Part shown: positions 42,061 to 52,200 of the stretch, piece after piece
How the letters are laid out: the number at the start of each line of letters is the position of its first letter
Position numbering within the stretch: the stretch's first letter is position 1
Assembly (NCBI GenBank): GCA_963742735.1
Contig: CAVUMN010000004.1
Coordinates: 608,001-672,000 of the forward strand
DNA: 64,000 nucleotides
Source of the DNA: an uncultured Actinomycetes bacterium
Lineage (GTDB): Bacteria; Actinomycetota; UBA4738; JBBDTT01
Reading direction: 5' to 3'
Made by a program: the position numbers and the translations under genes
The notes under the pieces: generated by a model
Seen by the model: the letters and a program-made list of their open reading frames with translations, nothing else
What the model was told of the DNA's origin: nothing
The model's database searches: none

Positions 42061-44116
42061 CGTCCGGACGATCCTCGAGCGCGGCGTCCAGGGCTTCGAC
42101 CCGGGCGACGGGCTCGACCGCACCCGGAGACGGGCGCAGCGCCGCCAGCGCAACCGTCGACTGTCGGCGGGAGCCCTCGCCATGGCGATCACCGTCGCCG
42201 GCGTCGCCGTCGCGGCCAGGCAGTTCTCGCGAACCGAGCTTCCTCCGCCCGCGGAGAGCCCTCGCGTGCTGCCCGACCTCGAGCTCGAGGCCGACGTGAC
42301 CAGCCCGACCGTTCGGTGGCCGGAGGTGCTCTCGCTCCCGTTCGGGCCAGGTGAGAACGAGCTCGGCTTCGAGAGCTTCGCCGGCGAGGATGCGAATCCC
42401 ATCGGACCGTCAGCCTTTGCGGTGGCGGCCGACGGCTCCTTCTGGATCGTCGACGAAGAGAAGAACCGGCTCGTGCACGTGGATCGCGCGGGGGGATTCC
42501 TCGGATCAGTCTCCGGGGTCCTGGACGGATCGCGCGTGGCGCAGGCTCCGGACCTCGTCCTCGCGGAGGGCGACCTCTTCGTTCTCGGGCGATTCGGGGA
42601 CACCTTCGTCCGCGTCGAGGAGGGCGGTGCGATCGTTCCGATCCGCGTCACGTTGGACAGGCAGACGGTCTTCCCGACGTCGCTCATCGGGACGCCGGAG
42701 GGCCTGTATGCCCTCCTCGAGGGCTTCTCGGGTGACCCTCCGATCCCGGGCGTGCATCGGATCGACGTCCGGCCGGCGGGTGAGGATCGGGCAATCGACG
42801 CCATCGCGACAGCTGTCGACGGTATCGCGACGATCCACGGCGTCAGGCTCTCTCTCGAGACGGGGCATCGCCTCCGCGCCGAGGCGACGTCGCGACGCGG
42901 CGCCGAGGAGCGCCGACGGGTCATCGACATCCGGTCCGCGTCGGGAGGAGAGCGCTTCGAGGGCAGGGGCCGGATCGTGGAGCTCGCCATCGGGCCGTCG
43001 TCGCTGGCCGCGTACGTCGAGGTCGGCCCCGACGAGGATCATGAGGGCGGCGCCTGGGTGCTCCAGCTCGACGACAACCTCGAGCCGGTTGGCTGGGATC
43101 ACGTCCCGGCCAACAACATCGAGGAGTACTTCGACGTCTCGCAGGTCGGTCGCCATCTGGCCTTCGGCCCCGACGGCAGCCTGTACCTGATGCTCGTCGA
43201 CCTGGAAGGCCTGCACATCCTTCGCATGACGGAGGAATCCCGAGAGGACGCTTCCTTCGCGCCGTCCGAGGTCCAGTTCTTCGACGAGCAGCATGGCATC
43301 GCAACGGTCGTGGTCGACGATCCAAGCCTCTGCATGGACGGTCGCTGCGGAGGGCAGATCCGCGTGACAGACGACGGCGGTCGGACCTGGTCTACGACAC
43401 GCGAGTTCATGGGGCCGGCTGGTTCCTTGACCCTCGTTGGAGCTTGGGGAGAGGCCTGGGCGAAGACCAGCAAGTGCGGTACCGAGGCCTGTCGCCCGAT
43501 CCTTCTGCACTCGGGTGATCGCGGGCTGACCTGGGAGGTCCGCAGCGAAACCCGTGGCCTGATAGACGTTGTCTTCACGGATCCGCAGCACGGCTGGGGG
43601 ACACTCAGTCCGCTCGGCGATCAGGAAGAGCTACTCGCCACCAGTACGGATGCGGGCCGCACCTGGAGCCCGATCGAAACTCCGTGCGATGGGGAGGATG
43701 CCCGTATCGACGGGTTCGCGCTCATGCACGCCACCACCGGGTGGATCGCTTGTTCGGGCGGTGGCCTGCGAAGCCGAACGGACCGGCTGTACCAGACGAT
43801 CGATGGCGGACTGAGCTGGAAGCTCCTTAACTCCGGCACGACGCTCGGCGGTTCGCTCCCGGAGGGTTTCTTCGGGGGGCTATGGCTCCGCTACGACGGC
43901 GTCGGATTCCTCTCGCTCCTCGGCGGCGGATCGTACGTGACCACGGATGTGGGTCGCTCGTGGGCGGCTCTTCCGAGGGAAATCCTTGATCTGTCGTTCG
44001 TCAATGAGACCTTGTTCGCTCGGATCGTGAACGATGATGGCGGATCGACCCTGGCCGAATCTCAAGACGATGGCGTTACGTGGCGTGAGATTCGATCGTT
44101 CAGAGGGCTGCGTTAG
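42053..44116 (+). CDS. Anti-sigma-like membrane-anchored protein with extracellular beta-propeller(s) and BNR/Asp-box repeats
   Basis: Short cytoplasmic segment with RRRAQRRQRNRR then one TM helix; TDDGGRTW, SGDRGLTW, STDAGRTW, TIDGGLSW, TTDVGRSW, SQDDGVTW; overlaps the sigma gene. Confidence 0.75.
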   Translation: MSDVRTILERGVQGFDPGDGLDRTRRRAQRRQRNRRLSAGALAMAITVAGVAVAARQFSRTELPPPAESPRVLPDLELEADVTSPTVRWPEVLSLPFGPGENELGFESFAGEDANPIGPSAFAVAADGSFWIVDEEKNRLVHVDRAGGFLGSVSGVLDGSRVAQAPDLVLAEGDLFVLGRFGDTFVRVEEGGAIVPIRVTLDRQTVFPTSLIGTPEGLYALLEGFSGDPPIPGVHRIDVRPAGEDRAIDAIATAVDGIATIHGVRLSLETGHRLRAEATSRRGAEERRRVIDIRSASGGERFEGRGRIVELAIGPSSLAAYVEVGPDEDHEGGAWVLQLDDNLEPVGWDHVPANNIEEYFDVSQVGRHLAFGPDGSLYLMLVDLEGLHILRMTEESREDASFAPSEVQFFDEQHGIATVVVDDPSLCMDGRCGGQIRVTDDGGRTWSTTREFMGPAGSLTLVGAWGEAWAKTSKCGTEACRPILLHSGDRGLTWEVRSETRGLIDVVFTDPQHGWGTLSPLGDQEELLATSTDAGRTWSPIETPCDGEDARIDGFALMHATTGWIACSGGGLRSRTDRLYQTIDGGLSWKLLNSGTTLGGSLPEGFFGGLWLRYDGVGFLSLLGGGSYVTTDVGRSWAALPREILDLSFVNETLFARIVNDDGGSTLAESQDDGVTWREIRSFRGLR

Positions 44117-45507
44117 ATGGGGGCGAAGGTCGCGGTGAAGTGGGGGAGGTCCAGGGGGGCCTCCAGGAGCTTCAGGCCGTTGATCTCCTCGCGCTTCGCG
44201 TAGAGCCGCACTAGGGCGTCGGCCACGTACTCGAGGTGGTTGTCGGTGTAGACGCGGCGGGGGATGGCTAGGCGGAGGTACTCCCACGGCGGCATGACGA
44301 CGGCCTTGGTCTCGGGGTCGATCTCGGCGAAGGCCAGGCCGCCCAGGCCCACCCCCCGCACGCCGGCCTCCAGGTACAAGGCGGCGGCCAGCGACTCCGC
44401 CGGGAAGTTCGCCTGCGTCAGGTGGTCCAGGAACCGGCCGCAGTCGATCATCACCGAGTGCCCGCCGGGGGGGCGGATCAGCGGCACCCCGGCGTCTAAG
44501 AGCCAGCCGTGCAGCAGCCGGACCTGGCGGATCCGCGCCGCCAGGTACTCCTCGTCCATCCCCTCGATCAGCCCGGTGGCCATCGCCTCCAGGTCGCGAC
44601 CGGCCATCCCTCCGTACGTCAGGTAGCCCTCGTACAGGACCGCCCACTTCCGGGCCTCGAGCCAGTCGGCCTCGTTGCGGAACGCCAGCCAGCCGCCGAT
44701 GTTCACCAGCGCGTCCTTCTTCGCGCTCATCGCGGCCATGTCGGCCAGCGAGAACACCTCCTGTGCGATGTCGCGAACCGACCGCCCGGCCTGGTCGGGG
44801 TCGCGCTCCTTCACCAGGAAGGCGTTCTCGGCGAACCGCGCCGCGTCCAGGAGCAGCTTGATCCCGTGAGCCCGGCAGAACTCGCTGACCGCCCGCGCGT
44901 TCTGCAGCGAGACGGGCTGCCCGCCGTTCGTGTTGCTGGTGACCGTGAGGATGCACAGGGGCACGTTGGCCGCCCCCTTCTCAGCCACGAAGCGCTCCGC
45001 CTTCTCCAGATCCAGGTCGCCCTTGAACGGGGAGGGGTCGTCGGGGTCCAGGCCCGCGTCGACCACGAGGTTCACCGGCCACGCGCCACGGTTGTAGATG
45101 TGGGCCCGCGTCGTGTCGAAGTGCATGTTGCCGATCACGAACTGGCCCTCCTGGACGTACGCTCGCGTGTAGACGGTCTCGGCGCCGCGGCCCTGGTGGA
45201 CCGGCAGGACGTGCTCGCATCCCGTCAGGTCGCGGAGGACCGTCTCGAGCGAGGACCAGTTGCGCGCGCCCGCGTACGCCTCATCGCCGCGCTGGATGGA
45301 GGCCCACTGCTCCGAGCTCATCGCCGAGGTGCCGGAGTCGGTCAGGAGGTCGACGAACACGTCGTCGGATCGCAGTCGAAAGACGTTGAATCCGGCGTCG
45401 GTGAGGGCGCGCCGGCGCTCCTCGTCGGGGATCCTGCGGATCGGCTCGACGGACTTGACGCGCCAGGGCTCGGGCGAGGGCGGGGGTGGGTCGGCCTGAT
45501 CCGCCAA
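44113..45507 (-). CDS. tnaA: Tryptophanase (beta-eliminating PLP lyase)
   Basis: DLLTDSGT, HQGRGAE, FDTT, MSAKKD (PLP Lys), RLAIPRRVYT, HFT; GAGGAGG SD before TTG. Confidence 0.8.
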   Translation of the reverse strand: MADQADPPPPSPEPWRVKSVEPIRRIPDEERRRALTDAGFNVFRLRSDDVFVDLLTDSGTSAMSSEQWASIQRGDEAYAGARNWSSLETVLRDLTGCEHVLPVHQGRGAETVYTRAYVQEGQFVIGNMHFDTTRAHIYNRGAWPVNLVVDAGLDPDDPSPFKGDLDLEKAERFVAEKGAANVPLCILTVTSNTNGGQPVSLQNARAVSEFCRAHGIKLLLDAARFAENAFLVKERDPDQAGRSVRDIAQEVFSLADMAAMSAKKDALVNIGGWLAFRNEADWLEARKWAVLYEGYLTYGGMAGRDLEAMATGLIEGMDEEYLAARIRQVRLLHGWLLDAGVPLIRPPGGHSVMIDCGRFLDHLTQANFPAESLAAALYLEAGVRGVGLGGLAFAEIDPETKAVVMPPWEYLRLAIPRRVYTDNHLEYVADALVRLYAKREEINGLKLLEAPLDLPHFTATFAPI

Positions 45508-45598
45508 GGCACCTCCTCGTGCGCGCGCTTTCGGGTGGCTCGGCTAGCCTACGCCCCTGATGGCTGAGACCGTGATGATCGACTCGGGGGGAAGCGAT

Positions 45599-45778
45599 AT
45601 GGCCAGGGATCCAGACTGGGTGTTCGAGAAGGCGATCGAGCTCACCGCGGCCACGATGGCCGGCCGGGCTGGGCAGGGACAGCCGGCGGAGTACATCGCC
45701 GACGTGTTCAAGGCCGCGCACGGGGCGCTGAAGGAGGCCGCGGAGGGCCTCAGCGACAAGCGGAAGCCGGGGTTCTGA
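45599..45778 (+). CDS. Small helical hypothetical protein (59 aa)
   Basis: GGGGG SD-like sequence; GC-type codon usage; fits the intergenic space exactly. Confidence 0.65.
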   Translation: MARDPDWVFEKAIELTAATMAGRAGQGQPAEYIADVFKAAHGALKEAAEGLSDKRKPGF

Positions 45779-45784
45779 GGGCCC

Positions 45785-46159
45785 TCAGGCCGAGCCGAGC
45801 CAGCGGGAGATGTCCCGCATCGAGACCACGCCGACGACCTTCTTGCCGTCCATGATCGGGAGATGGCGGTAGCCGCCGTCGAGCATGACCTGGAGGGCCT
45901 CCTGGACCGGCATGTCTGAGGGCACCGAGGTCGGGTTGGCCGTCATCCACTCGGTGACCTGGTGGCCCGACGCGTCGTGGTGCTGCGCGAGGGCGCGGAC
46001 GATGTCGCGCTCGGTGAAGATGCCGGCCATGTCCTCGCCGTCCATCACCAGGATCGAGGACACGCGGCGCTCGCCCATGACCGTCGCCGCCTCCGCCACG
46101 CTGGAGGACGGGGGAACCGTCACCAGGTCCTTGCTCATCAGGTCGCCGATGCTCGCCAT
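45785..46159 (-). CDS. CBS-pair protein
   Basis: GIFTERDI, MTANP, YRHLPI, GVVSMRDI; TAAGGT 7 nt upstream of ATG. Confidence 0.9.
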   Translation of the reverse strand: MASIGDLMSKDLVTVPPSSSVAEAATVMGERRVSSILVMDGEDMAGIFTERDIVRALAQHHDASGHQVTEWMTANPTSVPSDMPVQEALQVMLDGGYRHLPIMDGKKVVGVVSMRDISRWLGSA

Positions 46160-46213
46160 GCCGCGAACCTTACCAATGCTGCCCGCGCGGCCGCGAGTCG
46201 GATCGGGGACGGC

Positions 46214-47080
46214 GTGACCGCACGTTCCTTGCTCCGCTGGTTCGAACCCCGGAGGGGTGCCTATCCCTGGCGTGGGGGCTCGCCGTGGGCCGTCCTGGTG
46301 TCCGAGGTCATGCTGCAGCAGACCCAGGCGGAACGGGTTCGCCCGTACTTCGAGCGGTTCGTCGGGCGGTTCCCGACCCCGGCGTCGCTCGCCTCGGCCC
46401 CTCCCGCCGAGGCGATCCGGGAATGGGCCGGCCTCGGCTACAACCGCCGCGCCGTGAACCTGCACCGCGCGGCCACCCAGATCGTGGCCCGCCACGGCGG
46501 CGAGGTCCCCGCCGAGGTGGGCGAGCTGCGCGCGCTGTCGGGCGTCGGGCCGTACACGGCCTCTGCGGTGGCCAGCTTCGCCTTCGGGTCGCCGGTACCG
46601 GTCGTGGACACGAACGTCCGGCGGGTGCTCGCCCGGTACGCGCTCGGCGTCGAGCCCCGCGAGGCCCTGGACGCGGACGTCGCCCGCACGGCGGCGGAGC
46701 TGCTCCCCGTCCGACGATCCGGGGACTGGAGCCAGGCCCTGATGGATCTGGCCCGCGACGTGTGCCGCTCTCGCCCTCGGTGCGAGACGTGTCCGATCGC
46801 CTCCGGATGCGTGTACCTGGCGGCCGGCCGGGTCCCGGGACGTGCCCCGAACGGCCGGAGCCAGCCGGCGTTCGAGGGGTCGGTCCGGCAGGCCCGGGGC
46901 AGAGTGGTCGCCCTGCTCCGGGAGCGGGGGACGGTCACGGTGGCCGCCGCGGCGCGGGCCGGCGGGCTCGCCATGCCGGCCGCGAGCGAGCTCATCGACG
47001 GGCTCGCCCGCGACGGGCTCTGCGTCGCCTCGCCGGCGGCTCGGGCCGGCCGCCCGAGGGGCCGGATCCGACTTCCGTGA
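46214..47080 (+). CDS. mutY: A/G-specific adenine glycosylase (start uncertain)
   Basis: VSEVMLQQT, WAGLGY, HhH GVGPYTA, VDTNVRRV, C-x6-C-x2-C-x5-C Fe-S motif. Confidence 0.92.
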   Translation: MTARSLLRWFEPRRGAYPWRGGSPWAVLVSEVMLQQTQAERVRPYFERFVGRFPTPASLASAPPAEAIREWAGLGYNRRAVNLHRAATQIVARHGGEVPAEVGELRALSGVGPYTASAVASFAFGSPVPVVDTNVRRVLARYALGVEPREALDADVARTAAELLPVRRSGDWSQALMDLARDVCRSRPRCETCPIASGCVYLAAGRVPGRAPNGRSQPAFEGSVRQARGRVVALLRERGTVTVAAAARAGGLAMPAASELIDGLARDGLCVASPAARAGRPRGRIRLP

Positions 47081-47086
47081 GCCGCG

Positions 47087-47113
47087 GGAACTCCTCCCCG
47101 TCTCGTCCCGTCG
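47087..47113 (+). promoter_or_regulatory. ECF-type promoter
   Basis: GGAAC-N17-CGTCG ending 28 nt before the DUF4349 gene start. Confidence 0.5.
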
Positions 47114-47141
47114 TACAACCAGTCAACGGAAGGGGTCCGCG

Positions 47142-48146
47142 ATGAAGCGTTTCCTGGGTTGGAGTGTGGCCGTGCTGGCGCTGGCGGCCGTGGTGGGGCT
47201 GGTCGCCAAGGGCGGAGGCACGACCGACCAGGCCGCGAGCCCTGCGTACGCGCCGATGGAGGCGAGCGGCGGGCCCCAGGCGTCGGACGAGGCCACGGCT
47301 CGGAAGGCGGCCACCTACGGCGTGACGGAGAGCAACCAGCTGGGCGTGTCCGCCGGGGAACCCGCACCCGGGCCGGTCTTCGCGCCGGCCGGCGCCGACG
47401 GGGACAGCGTGGCATTCAGCGAGGAGTCCGGCGGCCTGGCCCTTCCCGAGATCGCCGAGCCCGGCGTCGACCCGAAGGTCATCAAGACGGCCTCGCTCGA
47501 GGTGGAGCTCGCCGACGGGACGTTCGACCGGTCGTTCCGCGACGCGTCGCTCGTGGCCAGCAGCCACGGCGGCTACATCCAGTCCTCCTCCACCAGCCGG
47601 TTCGACGAGGCGCGGAGCGCGTCGCTCGTCGTCCGGGTGCCGGCCTCCCGGTTCGACCAGGCGCTCGCGGCGTTCAGGGAGCTGGGAGACGTCGTCGCCG
47701 AGGACGCCTCGGGCCAGGACGTCAGCGCGCAGTTCGTCGATCTCCAGGCCCGCCTGCGGAACTGGGAGGCTCAGGAGTCGGTGCTGCTCCGGCTGATGTC
47801 CGAGGCCAACACCATCGACGAGAGCATCAAGGTCCAGCGCAACCTCTCGGATGTCCAGCTGAACATCGAGCGGCTCCGCGGGCAGCTGCGCCTGCTCCGC
47901 GACCAGACGGACCTGGGCACGATCGGGCTGACCCTCACCGAGGGCGACCAGTCCGCGCTGTCGGAGAAGCAGGAGGACGACTCGATCCTCGGCAAGGCCT
48001 GGCGGGACGCGGTCGACGGCTTCCAGAACGTGCTGGCCGCGACGGTGGTCGGCCTGGGCTACCTGGTCCCGATCGCCCTGCTGGTCCTGATCGTGGGCTT
48101 CGTGGTCCGGCGCACGCGGCGCGCGCCGGCCGCCGCGGAGTCGTAG
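47142..48146 (+). CDS. DUF4349-like membrane protein
   Basis: N-terminal signal; VIKTASL, VRVPA, QDVSAQFVDLQARL, IERLRGQL; C-terminal TM helix. Confidence 0.85.
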   Translation: MKRFLGWSVAVLALAAVVGLVAKGGGTTDQAASPAYAPMEASGGPQASDEATARKAATYGVTESNQLGVSAGEPAPGPVFAPAGADGDSVAFSEESGGLALPEIAEPGVDPKVIKTASLEVELADGTFDRSFRDASLVASSHGGYIQSSSTSRFDEARSASLVVRVPASRFDQALAAFRELGDVVAEDASGQDVSAQFVDLQARLRNWEAQESVLLRLMSEANTIDESIKVQRNLSDVQLNIERLRGQLRLLRDQTDLGTIGLTLTEGDQSALSEKQEDDSILGKAWRDAVDGFQNVLAATVVGLGYLVPIALLVLIVGFVVRRTRRAPAAAES

Positions 48147-48153
48147 GGGGGCG

Positions 48154-49185
48154 CTACTCGCCCTTCAGGGCGGGGAGGACCTCGGTCCCGAACAGCTGCA
48201 CGGCGTCCCGGGCGGTGTCGTCGTCCATGCCCGGGTAGTACAGCCGGACGATCAGGTGGAACTCGCGCCGGCCGGCGAACGCCTCGGCCACCGGCGCCAG
48301 GCCGGCAACGACGTCCTCCGGCGTGCCGTGGAGCGTGAGCCCTTTCAGCGTGTCCTCCGCGACCTGGGGGACGTCCAGCCCGTGGCCGGGCGTGTCCGAC
48401 CCCGCTCCCCACGCGGCGTACACGCCCAGCTGGTGGTTCGCGCCGTCGCGGACCTTCGCCCAGGCCTGCTCCGGGTCGCGGTCGACGAACGCGTTCTGCA
48501 GGAGCGCGAACCCGAGCGCCTCGGGGTCCTTGCCGGCCTCGCGGGCCCCCTCCTCGGCCCACCGAACCGCTTCCTTCGAGCCCTCGAGCGGGGAACGGCT
48601 GCGGATGTAGCCGTCGGCGACCCGGCCCGCGCGGCGGATCGTCTTCTCGTCGAAGCCCCCGAGGTAGATCGGGGGCCCGCCCTCCCGGGCCGGCGCGGGG
48701 GTGACCTTCACGTCCTCGTACCGGTGGACCTTCCCCTCGAACGAGAACCGCTCGCCGGTCCACGCGCGCCGGAGGATCTCGATCGGCTCCAGCGTCAGCG
48801 CGAGCCGCCGTCCCTCGGGGATGCCGAACATGCGGAACTCCTCCTCGCGCCACCCCCGGGCGAGCCCGAGGATCAGCCGTCCGTCGGAGAGGTTGTCCAC
48901 GACCGCGGCGTCCTCGGCCAGGCGCAGCGGGTCGTGCATCGGGGCCAGGACGACGCCGGTGCCGAGCGTGACGCGCTCGGTCACCGCGGCGATCGCGGCG
49001 AGCATGGGCAGCAGCGAGGGAAGGTAGCCGTCGGACGAGCCGTGGTGCTCGCTGACCCAGATCGAGTCGAACCCCAGGACCTCGGCCTCCCGGGAGAGCT
49101 CCAGGATCGTCCGGTACTCCTCGGCGAACGTCCGGCCGGAGCCAGGTGGAACCTGTCCGGTGAACAGCCCGAGCCCGATCTTCAC
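48154..49185 (-). CDS. LLM-class flavin-dependent oxidoreductase
   Basis: GFDSIWVSEHH, PLRLAEDAAVVD.LS.GRL, PPIYLGG. Confidence 0.9.
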   Translation of the reverse strand: MKIGLGLFTGQVPPGSGRTFAEEYRTILELSREAEVLGFDSIWVSEHHGSSDGYLPSLLPMLAAIAAVTERVTLGTGVVLAPMHDPLRLAEDAAVVDNLSDGRLILGLARGWREEEFRMFGIPEGRRLALTLEPIEILRRAWTGERFSFEGKVHRYEDVKVTPAPAREGGPPIYLGGFDEKTIRRAGRVADGYIRSRSPLEGSKEAVRWAEEGAREAGKDPEALGFALLQNAFVDRDPEQAWAKVRDGANHQLGVYAAWGAGSDTPGHGLDVPQVAEDTLKGLTLHGTPEDVVAGLAPVAEAFAGRREFHLIVRLYYPGMDDDTARDAVQLFGTEVLPALKGE

Positions 49186-49234
49186 GCCCACGACCGGAAA
49201 CGCTATACAAAAGGACAGGAGGAAGATTGCGGAC

Positions 49235-52200
49235 GTGAGCATCCCCGAGACCGCCACCGTCCTGTTCACCGACGTGGTCGGGTCGACCGACCTGGCGAAC
49301 CGCGTCGGCGACGCGGAGTGCCGGCGCCTGCTCGGGTCCCACGAGACCGTGATCCGCGAGGAGCTGGCCGCGCACGACGGCCGCGAGATCAAGACGATGG
49401 GCGACGGCTTCATGGTCTCGTTCCCGAAGCCCGAGGGCGGGCTGGCCTGTGCGGTGGCGGTCCAGCGCCGGCTGGCCGCGGAGGCCGAGGGCGTGAGCGT
49501 CCGTATGGGGCTGCACACGGGCGAGGTCACCGAGGAGCGGGGCGACCTGTTCGGCGTGGCCGTCAACGCCGCGGCCCGGGTCGCGGCGAAGGCGCGGGGC
49601 GGTCAGATCCTGGTGTCCGAGCCGCTGCTGGCCGCGCTCGACGGCCTGGAATCGGTGGACCGCGGACTGTTCTGGCTGAAGGGGTTCCCCGACCGGTGGC
49701 GCCTGTACGAGGTCCTGTGGCGGGAGGGGTCCGCGGGTGCCCAGGCCGCCGCCGGGAGCGATCGAACCCCCTTCGTCGCCCGCGACGACGAGCTGGCCGA
49801 CCTGCGCCGGGCGCTCGAGGCGGCCGCGGGTGAGCACGGCTCGCTCGTGCTGATCGGCGGCGAGCCGGGCGTCGGCAAGACGCGGCTGACCATGGAGCTG
49901 GCCGCCGAGGCCGACGCGATGGCGATGCGCGTCCTGACCGGCCACTGCGTCGAGCGAGAGGGAGCCGCCCCGTACATGCCGTGGGTGGAGGTGCTCGAGC
50001 AGGCCCTGGCCCGGGCGCAGAGCCCAGAGGCCTTCCGAGGGCTGCTCGGCGAGTCGGCCGGGGAGGTGGCCCGCATCGTCCCCGAGCTCCGGAGGGTGTT
50101 CGACGACATCCCCGCGCCGCTCGACCTGCCCCCGGAGCAGGAGCGGCGGTACCTGTTCAACTCCATCCGGGAGTTCATCGGGCGGGCGGCGGAGATCCGC
50201 CCGCTCCTGATCGTCCTGGACGACCTGCACTGGGCCGACGAGCCGACCCTGCTCCTGTTGGAGCACGTGGCCGAGGGTCTGGCCGGCGCGCCGGTGCTGG
50301 TGCTCGGCACGTACCGGGACGTGGAGCTCGAGGTGGGCCGTCCGCTGGCGCGCGCCATCGAGGACCTTCGCCGCCGCGGCCTCGCGCAGCGCCTGTCGCT
50401 CCGCCGGCTCGACGAGCGCGGCGTCGCCGACATGCTGCGCGGCCTGACCGGCCAGGATCCGCCCGCCGAGCTGGTCCGGGCGATCTACACCGAGAGCGAC
50501 GGCAACGCGTTCTTCGTCGAGGAGGTGTTCCACCACCTGATGGAGGAGGGCCGCCTGCTCGACGCGGCGGGCCGGTGGCGCACCGACGTCGCCGTAGCGG
50601 AGTTCGACGTGCCCGAGAGCGTGCGGCTGGTGATCGGCCGGCGGTTGGAGCGGGTCACCGAGGACGCCCGGAAGCTCCTGGCCGCGGCGGCGATCCTCGG
50701 CCGGGTGTTCGACGCGGCGGCGCTGGAGACCGTCGCCGGGGTGGACGAGGACCAACTGCTCGACGGGCTCGAGGAGGCCGAGCGCGCGCGGCTCGTCGCC
50801 GCCGTCGAGGGCCCGGGGGAGCGCTTCGAGTTCGCCCACGAGCTGATCCGCCAGACCCTCCTGGCCGAGGTGTCCACGCTCCGGCGCCAGCGGCTGCACC
50901 TTCGGGCCGCCGACGCGATCGAGGCGGGGGCCGAGGGACGACAGGAGGAGGTCGCGGCCGACCTCGCCTACCACCTGATGCAGGCGGGGGCGGGCGCGCC
51001 GGTCGAGCGAACGGCGAAGGCGTTGCACCTCGCCGGCACGCGCGCGCTCGAGGCGGTGGCCTTCGAGGGCGCCGTCGGCTACCTGGAGTCCGCGGCGTCG
51101 ATGCCGGGCGCGTTCGACGACCGAACCCGGGCGGAGCTGATGCACGGCCTGGGGCAGGCCTACGCGGGCGTCGGCCGGTGGGATGAGGCCCTCGAAGCTT
51201 GGGACCAGGCCCTCGACGGGTTCGAGCGGCTGAAGGACGAGGAGACGGTGGGCCGGATCGCCTACCCGATCTCCTACCAGCTGATCTGGGGCGCGAGGTT
51301 CGAGGACGCGTTGATGGCGGTGGGCCGCGGCCTCGGGGCCCTCGGCGATCGCGAGACCCTGGACCGGGTCCGGCTGCTCTCGAACGGTGCGCTGCTGTTC
51401 GGCGGCGGCGGGTACGCGGAGGCGTCGGAGCAGATGGCAGGCGATGCGCTCGCGATGGCCGAGCGACTCGGCGACGACCGGGTCCTGGGCGAGGTGCTCT
51501 CGACGCGGGCCATCGTTCGATGGCAGTTCTGCCGGTTCGCGGACACGGTCGAGCTCGGGCTGCGCGCCGCCGATCTGCTCCGCGCGGAGAACGCCCTCTG
51601 GGAGCTCGCCGCGAACCAGGGCTTCGTCGCCGTCGCCCTGGCGTGGTGCGGCCGCTTCGAGGAGACGCTCGAAGTGGCCGGCGAGGCGATCCGTCTGGGC
51701 GACCGCATCGGCCATCCGGGCGCGCACCTCACGGCGCATCGCGGCCGATTCAACGCCGAGTTCGTCGGCTCGGGCGACCTGGCCATCCTGGCCGCCGCGG
51801 CCGAGGAGGACCGCGACATCGCGACGGCCAACCAGCTTCCCTGGATCGCGCAGTCCTACGTGTGGATCGGCCTGGCCGCGTTCCTGCGCGGCGACTGGAG
51901 CCGCGCCCGCGAGTCGTTCGAGGAGGCCGTGCGCCGTGAACCTCCCGCCCCGCTGTTCACGGGGTGGGAGCGGGGCACGCTCATGTGGCTGCTGGCCCAT
52001 CTTGGCGACCAGGACGGCGCCCTCGAGCTGTGGTCGCGCGACGGGGTGGAGATTCCGGTCGAGGGAGAGGCCATCGGGCTCGGCGCCAGCGCGATGCTCC
52101 TGTTCGGTGTCGAGACGTTCGCGATCCTCGGCCGCCTCGAGGAGGCGGCGGCAGTGTACCCGGTGGTCCTCGCGCACTCGAAGGTTATCGACGCCCGGAT

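Noticed and set aside
45785-46159. CBS protein as the cAMP effector of the cyclase array
   Set aside because: It is 3 kb away, separately transcribed and from a very common family; nothing in the sequence links them.
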